Assembly: GCA_041695225.1 (NCBI GenBank)
Contig: JBGFRI010000048.1
Coordinates: 1-64,000 of the forward strand
DNA from: Deinococcota bacterium
GTDB taxonomy: Bacteria > Deinococcota > Deinococci > Deinococcales > Thermaceae
Length of the DNA: 64,000 nucleotides
Direction of reading: 5' to 3'
Under the pieces are notes generated by a model that saw nothing but the letters and a program-made list of their open reading frames with translations, searched no databases and was not told where the DNA came from. Positions 39,827 through 50,923 of the stretch are shown in pieces. Each line of letters begins with the position of its first letter. The first letter of the stretch is position 1. Position numbers and translations under genes: made by a program.

Positions 39827-40572
39827 AAAGCCGACATCCCTCCGTCCACTGCCAGCACCTGTCCGGTCACATAGTCCGAAGCCGGGCTGCACAGATACAG
39901 CGCGGCGGCTGCCAGTTCTCCGGTTTTTCCTATGCGTTCAAGCGGGATGCGTTCGCGTAACGCTGGCTCCATCCGGGCCAGTAGTTTCTCGGTCATGCGG
40001 GTAGGAAAAAACCCCGGCGCCAGGGCGTTGACCCGGATGCCATAAGGCCCCCACTTCACTGCCAGGTCGCGGGTGAGGGCGATCACCCCGCCTTTGGAGG
40101 CCGAGTATGCGCTGGCATCCATTATCTCAGCCGGGCTGCCCGCCAGCCCGGCCACCGAGGCGACATTGAGAATTTTGCCGTAGCCCCGTATTTTCATATT
40201 CCTGGCGGCGAGACGGCTGGCCAGAAAGGTGCCGGTGATGTTGATGTCCAGCACCTCGCGGACCTTCTCGGCTGGCACCTCCAGCGCATCCTGGCCCCAG
40301 GTAATCCCGGCGGCATTGACCAGGATATCCACGGTGCCCAGTTGGGTAAAGGCGGCCTGTAGGGTTTGTTCATCCTGCACGTTGCCCACTATGGGGGTCG
40401 CATCGGGTATCCAGCTCAGAGCCTCCTGGAAAAAGCCTTCCCGACGGGCCATTAGTGCTACTCTGGCCCCGGCCTCCCGCAGGCCATAGGCAATCTCTAG
40501 CCCCAGGCCCCTCGAGCCCCCGGTGACGAGGGCGGTCTTACCATCTAGTCTAAATTGCTCGAAAATTTTCAC
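39823..40572 (-). CDS. SDR family oxidoreductase (gluconate 5-dehydrogenase-like)
   Basis: TGGSRGLG, NAAG, YSASKGG, NALAPGFF, DGG; GTG start VKIFEQF. Confidence 0.9.
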   Translation of the reverse strand: MKIFEQFRLDGKTALVTGGSRGLGLEIAYGLREAGARVALMARREGFFQEALSWIPDATPIVGNVQDEQTLQAAFTQLGTVDILVNAAGITWGQDALEVPAEKVREVLDINITGTFLASRLAARNMKIRGYGKILNVASVAGLAGSPAEIMDASAYSASKGGVIALTRDLAVKWGPYGIRVNALAPGFFPTRMTEKLLARMEPALRERIPLERIGKTGELAAAALYLCSPASDYVTGQVLAVDGGMSAL

Positions 40573-40616
40573 GTTTTCACCTGCACATAGGCCATAGCTT
40601 TTGTATTTTCTACCGG

Positions 40617-41819
40617 CTACTGGCTTTCCACAACCATTGCAATGCCTTGCCCAACCCCAATACACATGGTAGCCAGCCCAAACTGCACCTGTTGCCGCTG
40701 CATCTGGTGCACCAGGCAGGTCAGGATGCGCGCACCGGAGCAGCCCAGCGGGTGCCCGATGGCGATGGCCCCACCGTTCACATTCAGGCGAGTGTCTTCG
40801 GCATCGAGACCCCATTCTGCCAGCACCGCTAGGGTCTGGGCGGCGAAAGCCTCGTTGAGTTCGATCAGGCCGATCTCGTTCAGACTGAGGCCAGCGCGCT
40901 TTAAGGCCTTGTAGGCTGCCGGCACCGGCCCGATGCCCATAATGCGCGGCTCCACCCCCGCCACCGCGATGGAGCGCACGATTGCCATCGGTTTCAGGCC
41001 ATGTGCGTCTGCAAAAGCTTTTGAGACGAGCAAGAGCGCTGCGGCCCCATCGTTGAGCGACGAGGAATTGCCCGCGGTCACACTGCCGCCAGCACGAAAC
41101 ACCGGTTTAAGCTTGGCCAGGGCTTCCAGGCTGGTATCGGCCCTGGGGCCCTCGTCGGCCTGGATTAGCTGTGAACTGCCTTTGCGATCGGTGGCCTCCA
41201 CCGGCACCATCTGGCTTGTGTAGGCCCCGCTCTGCTGGGCCTGGATGGCTTTCTGGTGCGAGTACAGGGCAAACCGGTCCTGGGCTTCGCGCGAGATCTG
41301 GTACTGATGGGCCAGATTCTCGGCGGTCTCGCCCATCGAGTCGGTTCCGTAAAGCTCCTTCATCCGGGGGTTTACCAGCCGCCAGCCCAGGGTGGTGTCG
41401 AACATGGTCAGGTTGCCGGTAGCAAAGCCCTTCTCGACCTTGGGCACTACCCAGGGTGCGCGGCTCATGCTCTCTACCCCGGCCCCGATATAGGCCTGGC
41501 CTTCCCCAGCCAGTATGGCCCGGGCAGCGCTCGCAACGGCGTCGAGCCCGCTTCCGCACAGGCGATTGATGGTCGAACCCCCCACCTGGGTGGGAAGGCC
41601 CGCCAGCAACGACGACATACGCGCCACGTTGCGGTTGTCCTCACCGGCCTGGTTGGCGCAGCCCATGTAGACATCCTCAATCTCGCTTCCGGGCACCCCG
41701 GTACGCTCTAACAGAGCCTTTATCGGTATGGCGCCCAGGTCGTCGGGGCGAATGCCAGACAGAGCACCCGCATGTTTTCCAACCGGGGTTCGAACTGCGT
41801 CGATGATATACGCTTCCAT
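40617..41819 (-). CDS. paaJ: 3-oxoadipyl-CoA/3-oxo-5,6-dehydrosuberyl-CoA thiolase
   Basis: [44 protein letters not shown]; paa context. Confidence 0.88.
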   Translation of the reverse strand: MEAYIIDAVRTPVGKHAGALSGIRPDDLGAIPIKALLERTGVPGSEIEDVYMGCANQAGEDNRNVARMSSLLAGLPTQVGGSTINRLCGSGLDAVASAARAILAGEGQAYIGAGVESMSRAPWVVPKVEKGFATGNLTMFDTTLGWRLVNPRMKELYGTDSMGETAENLAHQYQISREAQDRFALYSHQKAIQAQQSGAYTSQMVPVEATDRKGSSQLIQADEGPRADTSLEALAKLKPVFRAGGSVTAGNSSSLNDGAAALLLVSKAFADAHGLKPMAIVRSIAVAGVEPRIMGIGPVPAAYKALKRAGLSLNEIGLIELNEAFAAQTLAVLAEWGLDAEDTRLNVNGGAIAIGHPLGCSGARILTCLVHQMQRQQVQFGLATMCIGVGQGIAMVVESQ

Positions 41820-41821
41820 AT

Positions 41822-41945
41822 GAGTCGAGGGTCTAGAGTCGAGGGTCGAAGGCCTATGGTCAAAGGTCAAAGGTCGAAGGTCAAGGGTCTAGGGTCTAGG
41901 GTCTAGGGTCTAGGGTCTATAGTCGAGGGCTGAGCGTCGAGGGCC
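41822..41945. repeat. Long heptamer array (GGGTCTA/GGTCGAA units)
   Basis: About 17 degenerate 7-mers including gggtcta x5. Confidence 0.9.
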
Positions 41946-42148
41946 TTTGGCCGAATGAACCTAAGGGTACAGAAGATCGAGTTGAACTCTTTGATAGCTA
42001 GTCTCAAAAATCTGATTCCCTCCCATCCTACCCTGCGGGGCGGAGGGGCTGCCGGGCACGGTGAAGTGGCCCATCTGCACCCATCGTCCCGAGTAACGAG
42101 GGTAGGGGCTGGCCAGGTGTTCTGTACGTATTGCTGCACTGGTCTGCA

Positions 42149-42529
42149 TCACGACTCCTCCATCCGAAAGACGGTGCCGGTGAAGAGGGCCACCACTCGC
42201 TCGTTGCTCCTGACCTCGATCCGGTAGGTGGCGGTGCGGCGGCCCAGGTTTTCTTCGCGGGCTTCGGCCTCGAGGTTTTCGCCTGCACTTACCGCTTTGA
42301 AATACTGCATGCTGGTTGAAAGGGCCACTGCGGGCGTGCCGTGGGAGTTAGAGGCTAGGGCGAATGCGGCGTCGGCCAGGCTATAAAGAAAGCCCCCGTG
42401 ACAAAAGCCGTGGATGTTGAGGTGCTGGGGCTGCACCTGGGCTTGCAGGAGGGCCCGGCCAGGCTCAAGGTGCTTGATTTCCAGCCCCAGTAGCTGCATG
42501 TAAGGATCACGATGCAAGGGTACAACCAT
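42149..42529 (-). CDS. paaI: Phenylacetyl-CoA thioesterase PaaI
   Basis: HLNIHGFCHGGFLYSLADAAFALASNS, VALFTGTVFR. Confidence 0.92.
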   Translation of the reverse strand: MVVPLHRDPYMQLLGLEIKHLEPGRALLQAQVQPQHLNIHGFCHGGFLYSLADAAFALASNSHGTPAVALSTSMQYFKAVSAGENLEAEAREENLGRRTATYRIEVRSNERVVALFTGTVFRMEES

Positions 42530-42533
42530 AACC

Positions 42534-43271
42534 TCACCCGCCGGTGGATTCTTTTGCGCGGATGCCCAGATACGACTCGATGACCCGGGGGTCTTCGAGC
42601 AGCTCGAGCCCGTTTCCCTGCATGACCAGCTCGCCGGCCTCCAGGACATAGCCCCGGTCGGCCAGCCTGAGGGCCATGCGGGCATTCTGTTCCACCACCA
42701 GAATTGGCACGCCCTGGGATTTGAGCTCGGCCAGAATCTGGAAAATTTCCCGCACTATCAGGGGGGCTAGGCCCAGGCTGGGCTCGTCGAGCATAAGCAG
42801 CCTGGGTCTGGCCATTAAGGCCCGACCAATTGCCAGCATCTGCTGTTCGCCGCCGGACATGGTACCGGCGAGCTGCTTACGCCGTTCGCGCAGGCGCGGA
42901 AAAAGGGTATAGACCCACTCGAGGTCATCCCGTATACCCTTTTCACGCCGCTGGAAACGAGAAAAAGCCCCCAGCATCAGGTTGTCCTCCACCTCCATGG
43001 AGGCAAACAGCTCGCGCTTTTCTGGCACCATCACCAGGCCCTGGGCTGCCAGGCCCTCCGGGGTACGACGCCTCATGGTCTGCCCCTGGTAGCGCACGGT
43101 ACCACTGCTGTTTACCAGCCCCAGAATGCCCTTAAGGGTGCTGCTCTTGCCGGCTCCATTGGGGCCAATCAGGGTGATGACTTCGCCAGCCCCTACCACA
43201 AGCGACAGGTCCCGCACCGCCTCGACGGCCCCGTAGCGCACAGTCAGGTTGGAGACCTCCAGGATACTCAT
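42534..43271 (-). CDS. livF: Branched-chain/aromatic acid ABC transporter ATPase (LivF-like)
   Basis: GPNGAGKSS, MSGGEQQMLAIGRAL, LDEPSLGLAP, VEQNA. Confidence 0.92.
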   Translation of the reverse strand: MSILEVSNLTVRYGAVEAVRDLSLVVGAGEVITLIGPNGAGKSSTLKGILGLVNSSGTVRYQGQTMRRRTPEGLAAQGLVMVPEKRELFASMEVEDNLMLGAFSRFQRREKGIRDDLEWVYTLFPRLRERRKQLAGTMSGGEQQMLAIGRALMARPRLLMLDEPSLGLAPLIVREIFQILAELKSQGVPILVVEQNARMALRLADRGYVLEAGELVMQGNGLELLEDPRVIESYLGIRAKESTGG

Positions 43272-43368
43272 CTCTGCTCCTTCAAAGTGCCAAAAGCCGA
43301 AGGCCGAGGGCCAAGGGCCAGGGCTTTTGTAGTCACTTTTGGCTTTAGGCTCTTGACTCCAGAACCTC

Positions 43369-45147
43369 TCATGCCGCCTCCCCCAGATAGGCCTCAATAA
43401 CCCTGGGGTTGCGCTGCACCTCGGCCGGGGTACCCTCGGCCAGCTTCTCGCCATAGTGCATCACCACCACCCGGTCTACCAGCCCCATCACCAGGTCCAT
43501 GTCGTGGTCCACCAGTAACACTGTCACGCCCTCGTCTACCAGCTTGCGGATCAGACTGGCAAACTGGCGCTTTTCTGCGGCCCTTAACCCGGCAGCGGGC
43601 TCGTCCAGCAACAAGACCTCGGGGCCCGCGGCCAGGGCCCGGGCAATCTCCAGCAGGCGCAACTGGCCGATGGACAGCCCATCGGCCTTCTGGTGGGCAA
43701 TCTGGGCCAGCCCTACCCGCTTTAGGGCGTTGTATGCCTCGACCAAAGCTGCACTCTCTTCAGGCTTAGCCAGCCCGAACATGGAGGCAGTAATGCCGCT
43801 ACTGGTGCGGGCGTAGGTGCCCAGAGCTGCGTTTTCCAGTACGGTCATCTCGGGAAACAGGTGAGGGTGCTGAAAGGTGCGGGCAATGCCCAGCCGATGT
43901 ACCTCATAGGGCATTCTACCCGCTATCGGCTGGCCCTTGAACCTCACCGCGCCCTGGCTGGGGGCATAGACCGAGGTGATCATGTTGAAGCAGGTGGTTT
44001 TGCCTGCTCCATTAGGCCCGATAAGGGCCAGTATCTCACCCCGGCGGAGCTGGAAATTCATGTTGTTTACCGCCAGGAGTCCGCCAAAGCGCTTGGTCAG
44101 GTTTTCCACCTGGAGTACGATTTCACCCTTGGGCCCGGTCGCCAGCCGGGCTGGCAGACCGCTGCCTGCCGGGTCATGGGGCCTGACCCTGGGCAGGTAG
44201 CGCTCGATAAAGGGCCACAGGCCCTTGGGGGCAAACATCAGGATCAGGACCAGTATCAGGCCGTAGGCGATGATCTCGAAATTGCCAATCCGTCCAAAAA
44301 TCTGGGGCAAGATTACCTTAAGAATCTCCTCGAGGCTCGTCACCAGGGCCGAACCCAGAATTACCCCAGGTATGCTTCCTACCCCGCCCGCCACCGCTGC
44401 GATCAGATACTTGATGGAGGCCTCGAGGCTAAAAGGGGTGGGGCTGATGAAGTTTTGAAAATGTACATACAGCCAGCCTGCAACCCCAGCGTAGATGGCT
44501 GAGAGCACAAATACCTGTAGCTTCAAGACCGCCGGACTGACCCCAAAGCTAGCGGCGGCAATGGCGTTGCCCTTCGAAGCCCGCATGGCTCGCCCTATTC
44601 GGCTGTGGGTAAGGTTCCAGGCGGTCCAGGCCCCCAGCAAAACAAAAAACCAAGACAGGTAGAAAAAACTCCTGGAATCGTCCAGAGGCCAGCCTGCGAT
44701 CGATACCGATGGAATTCCCCGCAAGCCGGTATGCCCCCCGGTCAGGCCGATCCAGCTTCCCATCACAATGAACAGGGCCACGCCCCAGGCAATGGTAGAG
44801 AGTGGTAGGTAGTGCCCTTTGAGCCGGGTTGTGATCCCTCCCAGCACCACTGCGCCGCCGGCAGCAGCCAGCACACCCAGGGGCAAGGTTAGCCAGGGGT
44901 TCCAGCCCTGGCTAATGGTCAGCAGGGCGCTGGTGTAAGCTGCCAGACCCATAAAAGCAGCCTGGCCCAGACTGGTCATTCCCGACAGGCCGGTCAGCAG
45001 GTAGAGCCCCAGCGCAACCAGAGCCCCAAAGGCGATATAGTTGCCGATAGTCAGATAAAACGAGGTCGGGGGCAGCAACATTGGTACTATCAGCAAAAGC
45101 GCGACTGTGAAGAGGGTCAGGGGAGAGAATTTCATCACGCCTATCAC
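43369..45147 (-). CDS. Fused LivM-like permease + LivG-like ATPase
   Basis: N-terminal permease (SLGQAAF, GRAMRA) and C-terminal GPNGAGKTT, LDEPAAG, AYLG. Confidence 0.92.
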   Translation of the reverse strand: MIGVMKFSPLTLFTVALLLIVPMLLPPTSFYLTIGNYIAFGALVALGLYLLTGLSGMTSLGQAAFMGLAAYTSALLTISQGWNPWLTLPLGVLAAAGGAVVLGGITTRLKGHYLPLSTIAWGVALFIVMGSWIGLTGGHTGLRGIPSVSIAGWPLDDSRSFFYLSWFFVLLGAWTAWNLTHSRIGRAMRASKGNAIAAASFGVSPAVLKLQVFVLSAIYAGVAGWLYVHFQNFISPTPFSLEASIKYLIAAVAGGVGSIPGVILGSALVTSLEEILKVILPQIFGRIGNFEIIAYGLILVLILMFAPKGLWPFIERYLPRVRPHDPAGSGLPARLATGPKGEIVLQVENLTKRFGGLLAVNNMNFQLRRGEILALIGPNGAGKTTCFNMITSVYAPSQGAVRFKGQPIAGRMPYEVHRLGIARTFQHPHLFPEMTVLENAALGTYARTSSGITASMFGLAKPEESAALVEAYNALKRVGLAQIAHQKADGLSIGQLRLLEIARALAAGPEVLLLDEPAAGLRAAEKRQFASLIRKLVDEGVTVLLVDHDMDLVMGLVDRVVVMHYGEKLAEGTPAEVQRNPRVIEAYLGEAA

Positions 45148-46175
45148 TCTTCTTCTCCAATTTCCTGACTGCGCAGGCTGCGCCAGAAGAGAATTGGCAG
45201 CAGCAAAGCAAAGACTATGGCATCTCTGAAGGCGCTGGCCTGGAACGCGGCCCAGGACTCTATCGCTCCGACCAGCAGGGCACCCACCACTGCCAGGGGA
45301 TAGCTAACTAAGCCCCCCAGAATTCCGGCAACAAAGCCTTTGAGGCCCAACAAAAACCCTTGAAAATAGGCCGGAGCAATTAAAGGAGCCAGCAGCATCC
45401 CACTAATGGATACGATCAGGGTAGCGATGCCAAACGAGACATAGCCGGCCTGGCTGGGGCTGATGCCGGATATTCGCGCCCCATAGCGATTGACCGCACA
45501 AGCCCGCAAGGCCTTACCGTAGATGCTGCGGGTAAAAAACAAGAAAAGCCCCAGCATGGTAACGATAGCAAAGCCATATACCAAAAAGGCCTGGTTGTTG
45601 ATCGGCACCAGTCCGATGGTAGTCTGACCAGTCAGAATAGCCGGCAAGCGGTACTGTTCGGGGCCAAAAAACACCAGCCCCAGGCCCATTAAGGCAAAAT
45701 GCAGACCCACTGCAATAATCAAATAGGTGAGCACACTGGCATTTTTAGCTGGTTCAAAGAAAAGCCGATAAGAAGCGGTTCCAATTGGAAGCACCACCAG
45801 TACAGCCAAAAGCCAGCCCAGCCAGAGCGGGACGCCCTGTGCACCCCACCAGCCAATGCTTATTACTCCCAGCGCAGCCAGCGCTAACAGGCCAGCGCGG
45901 CTAAGGTGTGCTCTGTCTAAAAAGGCCCACACTGCCAGCATAACCGCCGCAAGCCAGGCCGTGCCTGGAATCTGGCCTTGCAGGTTAAGGCCGCTTACTT
46001 CGGGGGGCAAAAACCAGACATAGGTAAGGGGGGCGAAGACCAAAATTTCGCCCAGTGGAACCAGGATCACCCGTGTTACCGAGAATACCAGAACCAGCGA
46101 GAGCGCCATCAGAGCATAGATGGTCCCGTTCTGCAGGGCATCGGCGACGAGAAAAGAAAAGATCGTCCAGTCCAT
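45144..46175 (-). CDS. livH: LivH-like ABC permease
   Basis: NGTIYALMALSLVLVF, YGKALRACAVN, KGFVAGILGG. Confidence 0.9.
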   Translation of the reverse strand: MDWTIFSFLVADALQNGTIYALMALSLVLVFSVTRVILVPLGEILVFAPLTYVWFLPPEVSGLNLQGQIPGTAWLAAVMLAVWAFLDRAHLSRAGLLALAALGVISIGWWGAQGVPLWLGWLLAVLVVLPIGTASYRLFFEPAKNASVLTYLIIAVGLHFALMGLGLVFFGPEQYRLPAILTGQTTIGLVPINNQAFLVYGFAIVTMLGLFLFFTRSIYGKALRACAVNRYGARISGISPSQAGYVSFGIATLIVSISGMLLAPLIAPAYFQGFLLGLKGFVAGILGGLVSYPLAVVGALLVGAIESWAAFQASAFRDAIVFALLLPILFWRSLRSQEIGEEE

Positions 46176-46185
46176 AACGATGCTG

Positions 46186-46278
46186 CTAGCTGATAGCTAA
46201 TAGCCAATAGCTTATAGCTGATAGCTGATAGCAAGGATTTGCCATGGCTATCAGCCATAGGCTATCGGCTATAGGCCT
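46186..46278. repeat. Inverted pair of heptamer arrays (GCTGATA)n / (GGCTATC)n
   Basis: gctgatagctaatagccaatagcttatagctgatagctgatagc ... ggctatcagccataggctatcggctatagg. Confidence 0.88.
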
Positions 46279-47472
46279 CTATCTGAACGTCCTCAGCAGT
46301 CTCCAGTCCAGCCTTCCATTGGGATCGCGTACTATCTCGACCATTACCGCGGCCTCCTGGAAGCGCAGGCCCAGGTGGTCGCTGGGTGATATGTTGAAGA
46401 TGCCGTGGGTTCCCACTACGTTGCGGGTGGCCTCGAGCTCATCACGTACAGCCCGCCGGAAGGCGGCCAGATTAGCCGGCTGTTCCCGACGCAAAGCACG
46501 CTCGAGGGCCGGCCGCAGGATGGCCCAGGCATCATAGGCATGACCCCCAAAGGTCGAGAAGCTACCGATGCCGAACCGGGCCTCGTACATCTGCACATAT
46601 CTGGTGGCTACTTCGCGGTTGGGGAAGTCGGCCGGCAGCTGGTCAAAAACCAGCACCGGACCAGCCGGCAAGCGCGTACCTACCACGAACTCGCCCCCTA
46701 CTCGCTTAAAATCCGGGTTAGCCACACCGTGGGTCTGATAGATCAGGCCCCGGAAGCCACGTTCGCGCAGGGTGCGCTGGGGCAGAACCGGGGCAGTGCC
46801 AGATCCGCCTATCAAGACCGCATCGGGGTTGCGGGCCAGGATCCGCAAGACCTGCCCGGTTACCGAGGTATCGGTGCGGGCAAACCGCTCGGAGGCCACC
46901 ACCTGGATGCCCGCTTCGCGGGCGAGAGCTTCGAAAGCCCGAGCCCAGCCTTCGCCGTAGGCGTCGTTAAAGCCAATGTAAGCGGCAGTGCGCACATTTG
47001 CGGCCTGCATGTCACGTACGACCGGAAGGGCCATCTGTTGCTCGGTCTGGGGAGTTTTAAACACCCAGCGCCGCTTCTCGTCCACCGGGTAAACAATTTC
47101 CAGGTTGGCAGCCAGGGAGACCATGGCTATGCCAGCGGCGGCTACCGGATCAATCATGGCCAGGCTGGCCGGAGTAGTGCTGGTGCCGATGATGGCCAGC
47201 ACCTGGTCTTCTTGAATCAAGCGCAGAGTGGCCCGCACGGCCCGGGTAGTATCTGAGGCATCGTCAATGATGATGAACTGTACCGGGCGTCCGGCCAGTC
47301 CACCGCGCCGGTTGACCTGCTCTTCCAGCATCACCAGGGTATTCCGGGCCGGGATACCCAGGGTGGCCGCCGGGCCGGTCGCCGAGACCACCACCCCAAT
47401 TCTGAGCGGGGCCTGCTGAGCCAGGCCCAAACTCAGTGCTGCTACCAGAAGTCCTACCAAAGCTTGTTTCAT
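46279..47472 (-). CDS. ABC substrate-binding protein (LivK family, likely aromatic acid binding)
   Basis: Signal peptide, SATGPAATLG, DDASD, NDAYGE, YQTHG; in paa/hpa cluster. Confidence 0.9.
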   Translation of the reverse strand: MKQALVGLLVAALSLGLAQQAPLRIGVVVSATGPAATLGIPARNTLVMLEEQVNRRGGLAGRPVQFIIIDDASDTTRAVRATLRLIQEDQVLAIIGTSTTPASLAMIDPVAAAGIAMVSLAANLEIVYPVDEKRRWVFKTPQTEQQMALPVVRDMQAANVRTAAYIGFNDAYGEGWARAFEALAREAGIQVVASERFARTDTSVTGQVLRILARNPDAVLIGGSGTAPVLPQRTLRERGFRGLIYQTHGVANPDFKRVGGEFVVGTRLPAGPVLVFDQLPADFPNREVATRYVQMYEARFGIGSFSTFGGHAYDAWAILRPALERALRREQPANLAAFRRAVRDELEATRNVVGTHGIFNISPSDHLGLRFQEAAVMVEIVRDPNGRLDWRLLRTFR

Positions 47473-49058
47473 CTTGTTGCCTCCCTCGTTTTGTTGTTCT
47501 CTAAATCTTCCTCAGACGCATTATGAAGCGGTGAGGATAGATTCCCAAACGTTTCAAGCCCTGCCGCCACCATCCGGCGCAGCAAGGGGTGAGGGCGGTA
47601 ACGGTCCTCGCCCAGCTCGGCATGCAGCCCGTCCAGGGCCCGCAATACCGGCTTGAGCCAGATCTGCTCGGCCCACTCCAGTGGCCCCAGCGGGTAGCCG
47701 GTACCCAGCCGCATAGCCCGGTTGAGGTCAGCAGGGCTGGCGACCCCTTCGGCCAGGGCCGAGACCGCTTCGTTAATAAGCAGAGCCAGGATACGGAACC
47801 CGATCCCGCCGGGCTGGTCGGGCAGAACCAGGGTCTTGTATCCGTGGGCTGTGAAATAGGTCTGGGCCAGTTCAAGTGCTCTGTTAGTGCCAGACAGTGG
47901 CGCGTACAGTTCGACAAAAGCCTTCTCGCCGATGGGTGGTACCAGACTAAACCCCGCCACCAGACGGCCCTGCAGCTCGGCCAGGGCCAGGCTGGAGGAA
48001 TGCCCCCAGACTAAAGAAGCCACCGGCAGGTTTTCGGGCAACTCGTGCTTGCGTTCTATCTTGACCCGGCAGTCCAGCACGAACTGAGCATCGGTAAGTT
48101 TTTCGGAGTGCCTGAGCCTGGCCCGAAGCTCTTGGGCCAGGGGATTGGGACCAATGATGATGGGCAGAGGGGCGTTGCTGGTTTTGGCCTGGGAAGGGGA
48201 GGGAAGTGGGGGCGGTCCAGGGGGGTAGGTGTACCAGCCCTGGCCGGTCTTGCGCCCCAGCATCCCGGCGGCCACCCGCTGGTATTGCAGCGGGTGAGGC
48301 CGGTAGCGCGGCTCGCCGTAAAAACTCTGGTATACCGAGCTAGAGGCAGCATAGTTGACATCCAGCCCGATCAGGTCCATTAGCTCAAACGGCCCCATGG
48401 GGAAGCCCATACCGCGCATAATCCAGTCCAGGTGTTCTCTGGGCACGCCTTCCCCGTGCAATTTCAGGGCTTCACCGTAAAACGGGCGGGCCACCCGGTT
48501 GACCAGAAAGCCCGGCGAGTCCGCCACCCTGACGGCCTCCTTGCCCCAGCTCTGCATTAGTTGCATCACCCGCTCGAGGTTAGATTCTGCCGTCTTTAAG
48601 CCCCCCACCACCTCGACCAGCTTCATGCGCTGGGCGGGGTTGAAGAAGTGCAGCCCCAGCACCCGCTGGGGGTGCTTGACCTTGCTCGCGATGGCCGAGA
48701 CAGAAAAGGTTGAGGTATTGGTAGCCAGGATACCGTGGGAATTCAGTTCCCCCACTTTTCCCAGCAGCTCTTGCTTGAGCTCCAGCCTTTCCGGTGCAGC
48801 TTCGATGACCAGATCAGCAGCTGCACATTCCTCCAGCAGCTCGGTAGGGCGAATGCGCTCCAGGGCTTCTTCTACCGAGCCCTGCAAGCGCCCTTTTTCA
48901 GCACTCTTTTTCAGGTCAGCATTAATTTCTTCCAGGGATTTTTGCAGGGGGCCAGCGTAGAGGTCGTAGAGCCAGACCGGGTGCCCGGCCGTCGCCGCGA
49001 CCTGCGCAATGCCACGTCCCATAGTGCCTGCCCCCAGTACCGCTATGGTTTCCTTCAC
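47469..49058 (-). CDS. paaH: 3-hydroxyacyl-CoA dehydrogenase PaaH
   Basis: GAGTMG, ATNTST, HFFNPA, PGFLVNR, duplicated C-terminal domain; GGGAGG before GTG 49058. Confidence 0.88.
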   Translation of the reverse strand: MKETIAVLGAGTMGRGIAQVAATAGHPVWLYDLYAGPLQKSLEEINADLKKSAEKGRLQGSVEEALERIRPTELLEECAAADLVIEAAPERLELKQELLGKVGELNSHGILATNTSTFSVSAIASKVKHPQRVLGLHFFNPAQRMKLVEVVGGLKTAESNLERVMQLMQSWGKEAVRVADSPGFLVNRVARPFYGEALKLHGEGVPREHLDWIMRGMGFPMGPFELMDLIGLDVNYAASSSVYQSFYGEPRYRPHPLQYQRVAAGMLGRKTGQGWYTYPPGPPPLPSPSQAKTSNAPLPIIIGPNPLAQELRARLRHSEKLTDAQFVLDCRVKIERKHELPENLPVASLVWGHSSSLALAELQGRLVAGFSLVPPIGEKAFVELYAPLSGTNRALELAQTYFTAHGYKTLVLPDQPGGIGFRILALLINEAVSALAEGVASPADLNRAMRLGTGYPLGPLEWAEQIWLKPVLRALDGLHAELGEDRYRPHPLLRRMVAAGLETFGNLSSPLHNASEEDLENNKTREATR

Positions 49059-49071
49059 CCGTCCTCCCAAA

Positions 49072-49085
49072 CAAACACTTGTTTG
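49072..49085. promoter_or_regulatory. Palindromic operator (PaaR/TetR-like) between promoter and RBS of paaH
   Basis: CAAACA-CT-TGTTTG. Confidence 0.55.
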
Positions 49086-49106
49086 ACCTACTTTGTGTTG
49101 GGCGTA

Positions 49107-49135
49107 AGTTTAATCGTAGTTATTCTCACTGTCAA
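49107..49135 (-). promoter_or_regulatory. Sigma-A promoter of the paaH-liv-paa unit
   Basis: Minus strand TTGACA-17 nt-TAAACT. Confidence 0.8.
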
Positions 49136-49309
49136 GACTTTACAGCAAGTTCTTTTGCCGCTATACCATGCCATATTGGAGCCTGGTGCCTGGCTTTGTG
49201 ACTTTTCATAGTGCCCATGCTGGCGACCCACAGCCTCTTGTCGCAGGTCACAGGTCACAAGTCGCAAGCCAAAGACGGCGTTGACCCGAGACCCGAAACC
49301 TGCGACTGG

Positions 49310-50281
<972 letters not shown>

Positions 50282-50297
50282 AAAGCTTCACCTCAGA

Positions 50298-50771
50298 TCA
50301 GGGCAGCTGGCGGTAGCCCCGGTTCCAGTACAGTAGCGGCCTTACTTCTTCACCCATGGTTACCTTTTCAACTTCGCCAACTACAATTTTGTGGGTTCCC
50401 CCGGGGTAGACGGCCCAGGTTTTGCAATGCAGGGTGGCCAGGGCGTCCTTCAGCGCCGGGCTTTCTTCGTGCGAGAGGGGGTCGTAACCTTCAATGGCCT
50501 GGCCGGCAAAATGGGCCGAGGTATGCTCGTGGCCCTCGGGCAGCAGGTTCACCGTAAAGCGCCCGGCCTTATCCAGAACAGGCCACAACAGGGCGGTTTC
50601 GGCGATGCAGACCAGAATAAGTGGAGGATTCAGGCTAACTCCGGTGAAACTGCTGGCGGTCATGCCCCTGGCCTCGCTGCCGTGGCGGGCAGCGACAACG
50701 GTAACCCCGCTGGGCCAGTGGCTCATTACCTGGCGAAGCTGTTCGGAGAGAGAGGGTTCAGTGGTTTCCAT
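50298..50771 (-). CDS. hpaC: Flavin reductase, 4-HPA 3-monooxygenase small component
   Basis: GVTVV, GMTASSFTGVSLNPPL, GTHKIVVGEV; next to hpaB. Confidence 0.88.
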   Translation of the reverse strand: METTEPSLSEQLRQVMSHWPSGVTVVAARHGSEARGMTASSFTGVSLNPPLILVCIAETALLWPVLDKAGRFTVNLLPEGHEHTSAHFAGQAIEGYDPLSHEESPALKDALATLHCKTWAVYPGGTHKIVVGEVEKVTMGEEVRPLLYWNRGYRQLP

Positions 50772-50923
50772 TTTACTTTTGCTGACAGCCGATAGCCCAT
50801 AGCTGATAGCCCGTAGCGAGTAGCCGGGGGTTTATGAGCGATGGGCCAGGTCTGCCTGGTTGCAGGGGCGTCGCCCTTAGTCGCTGGACAGACTCGAGAC
50901 CTGAAACCGGAGAGATGCGACCC

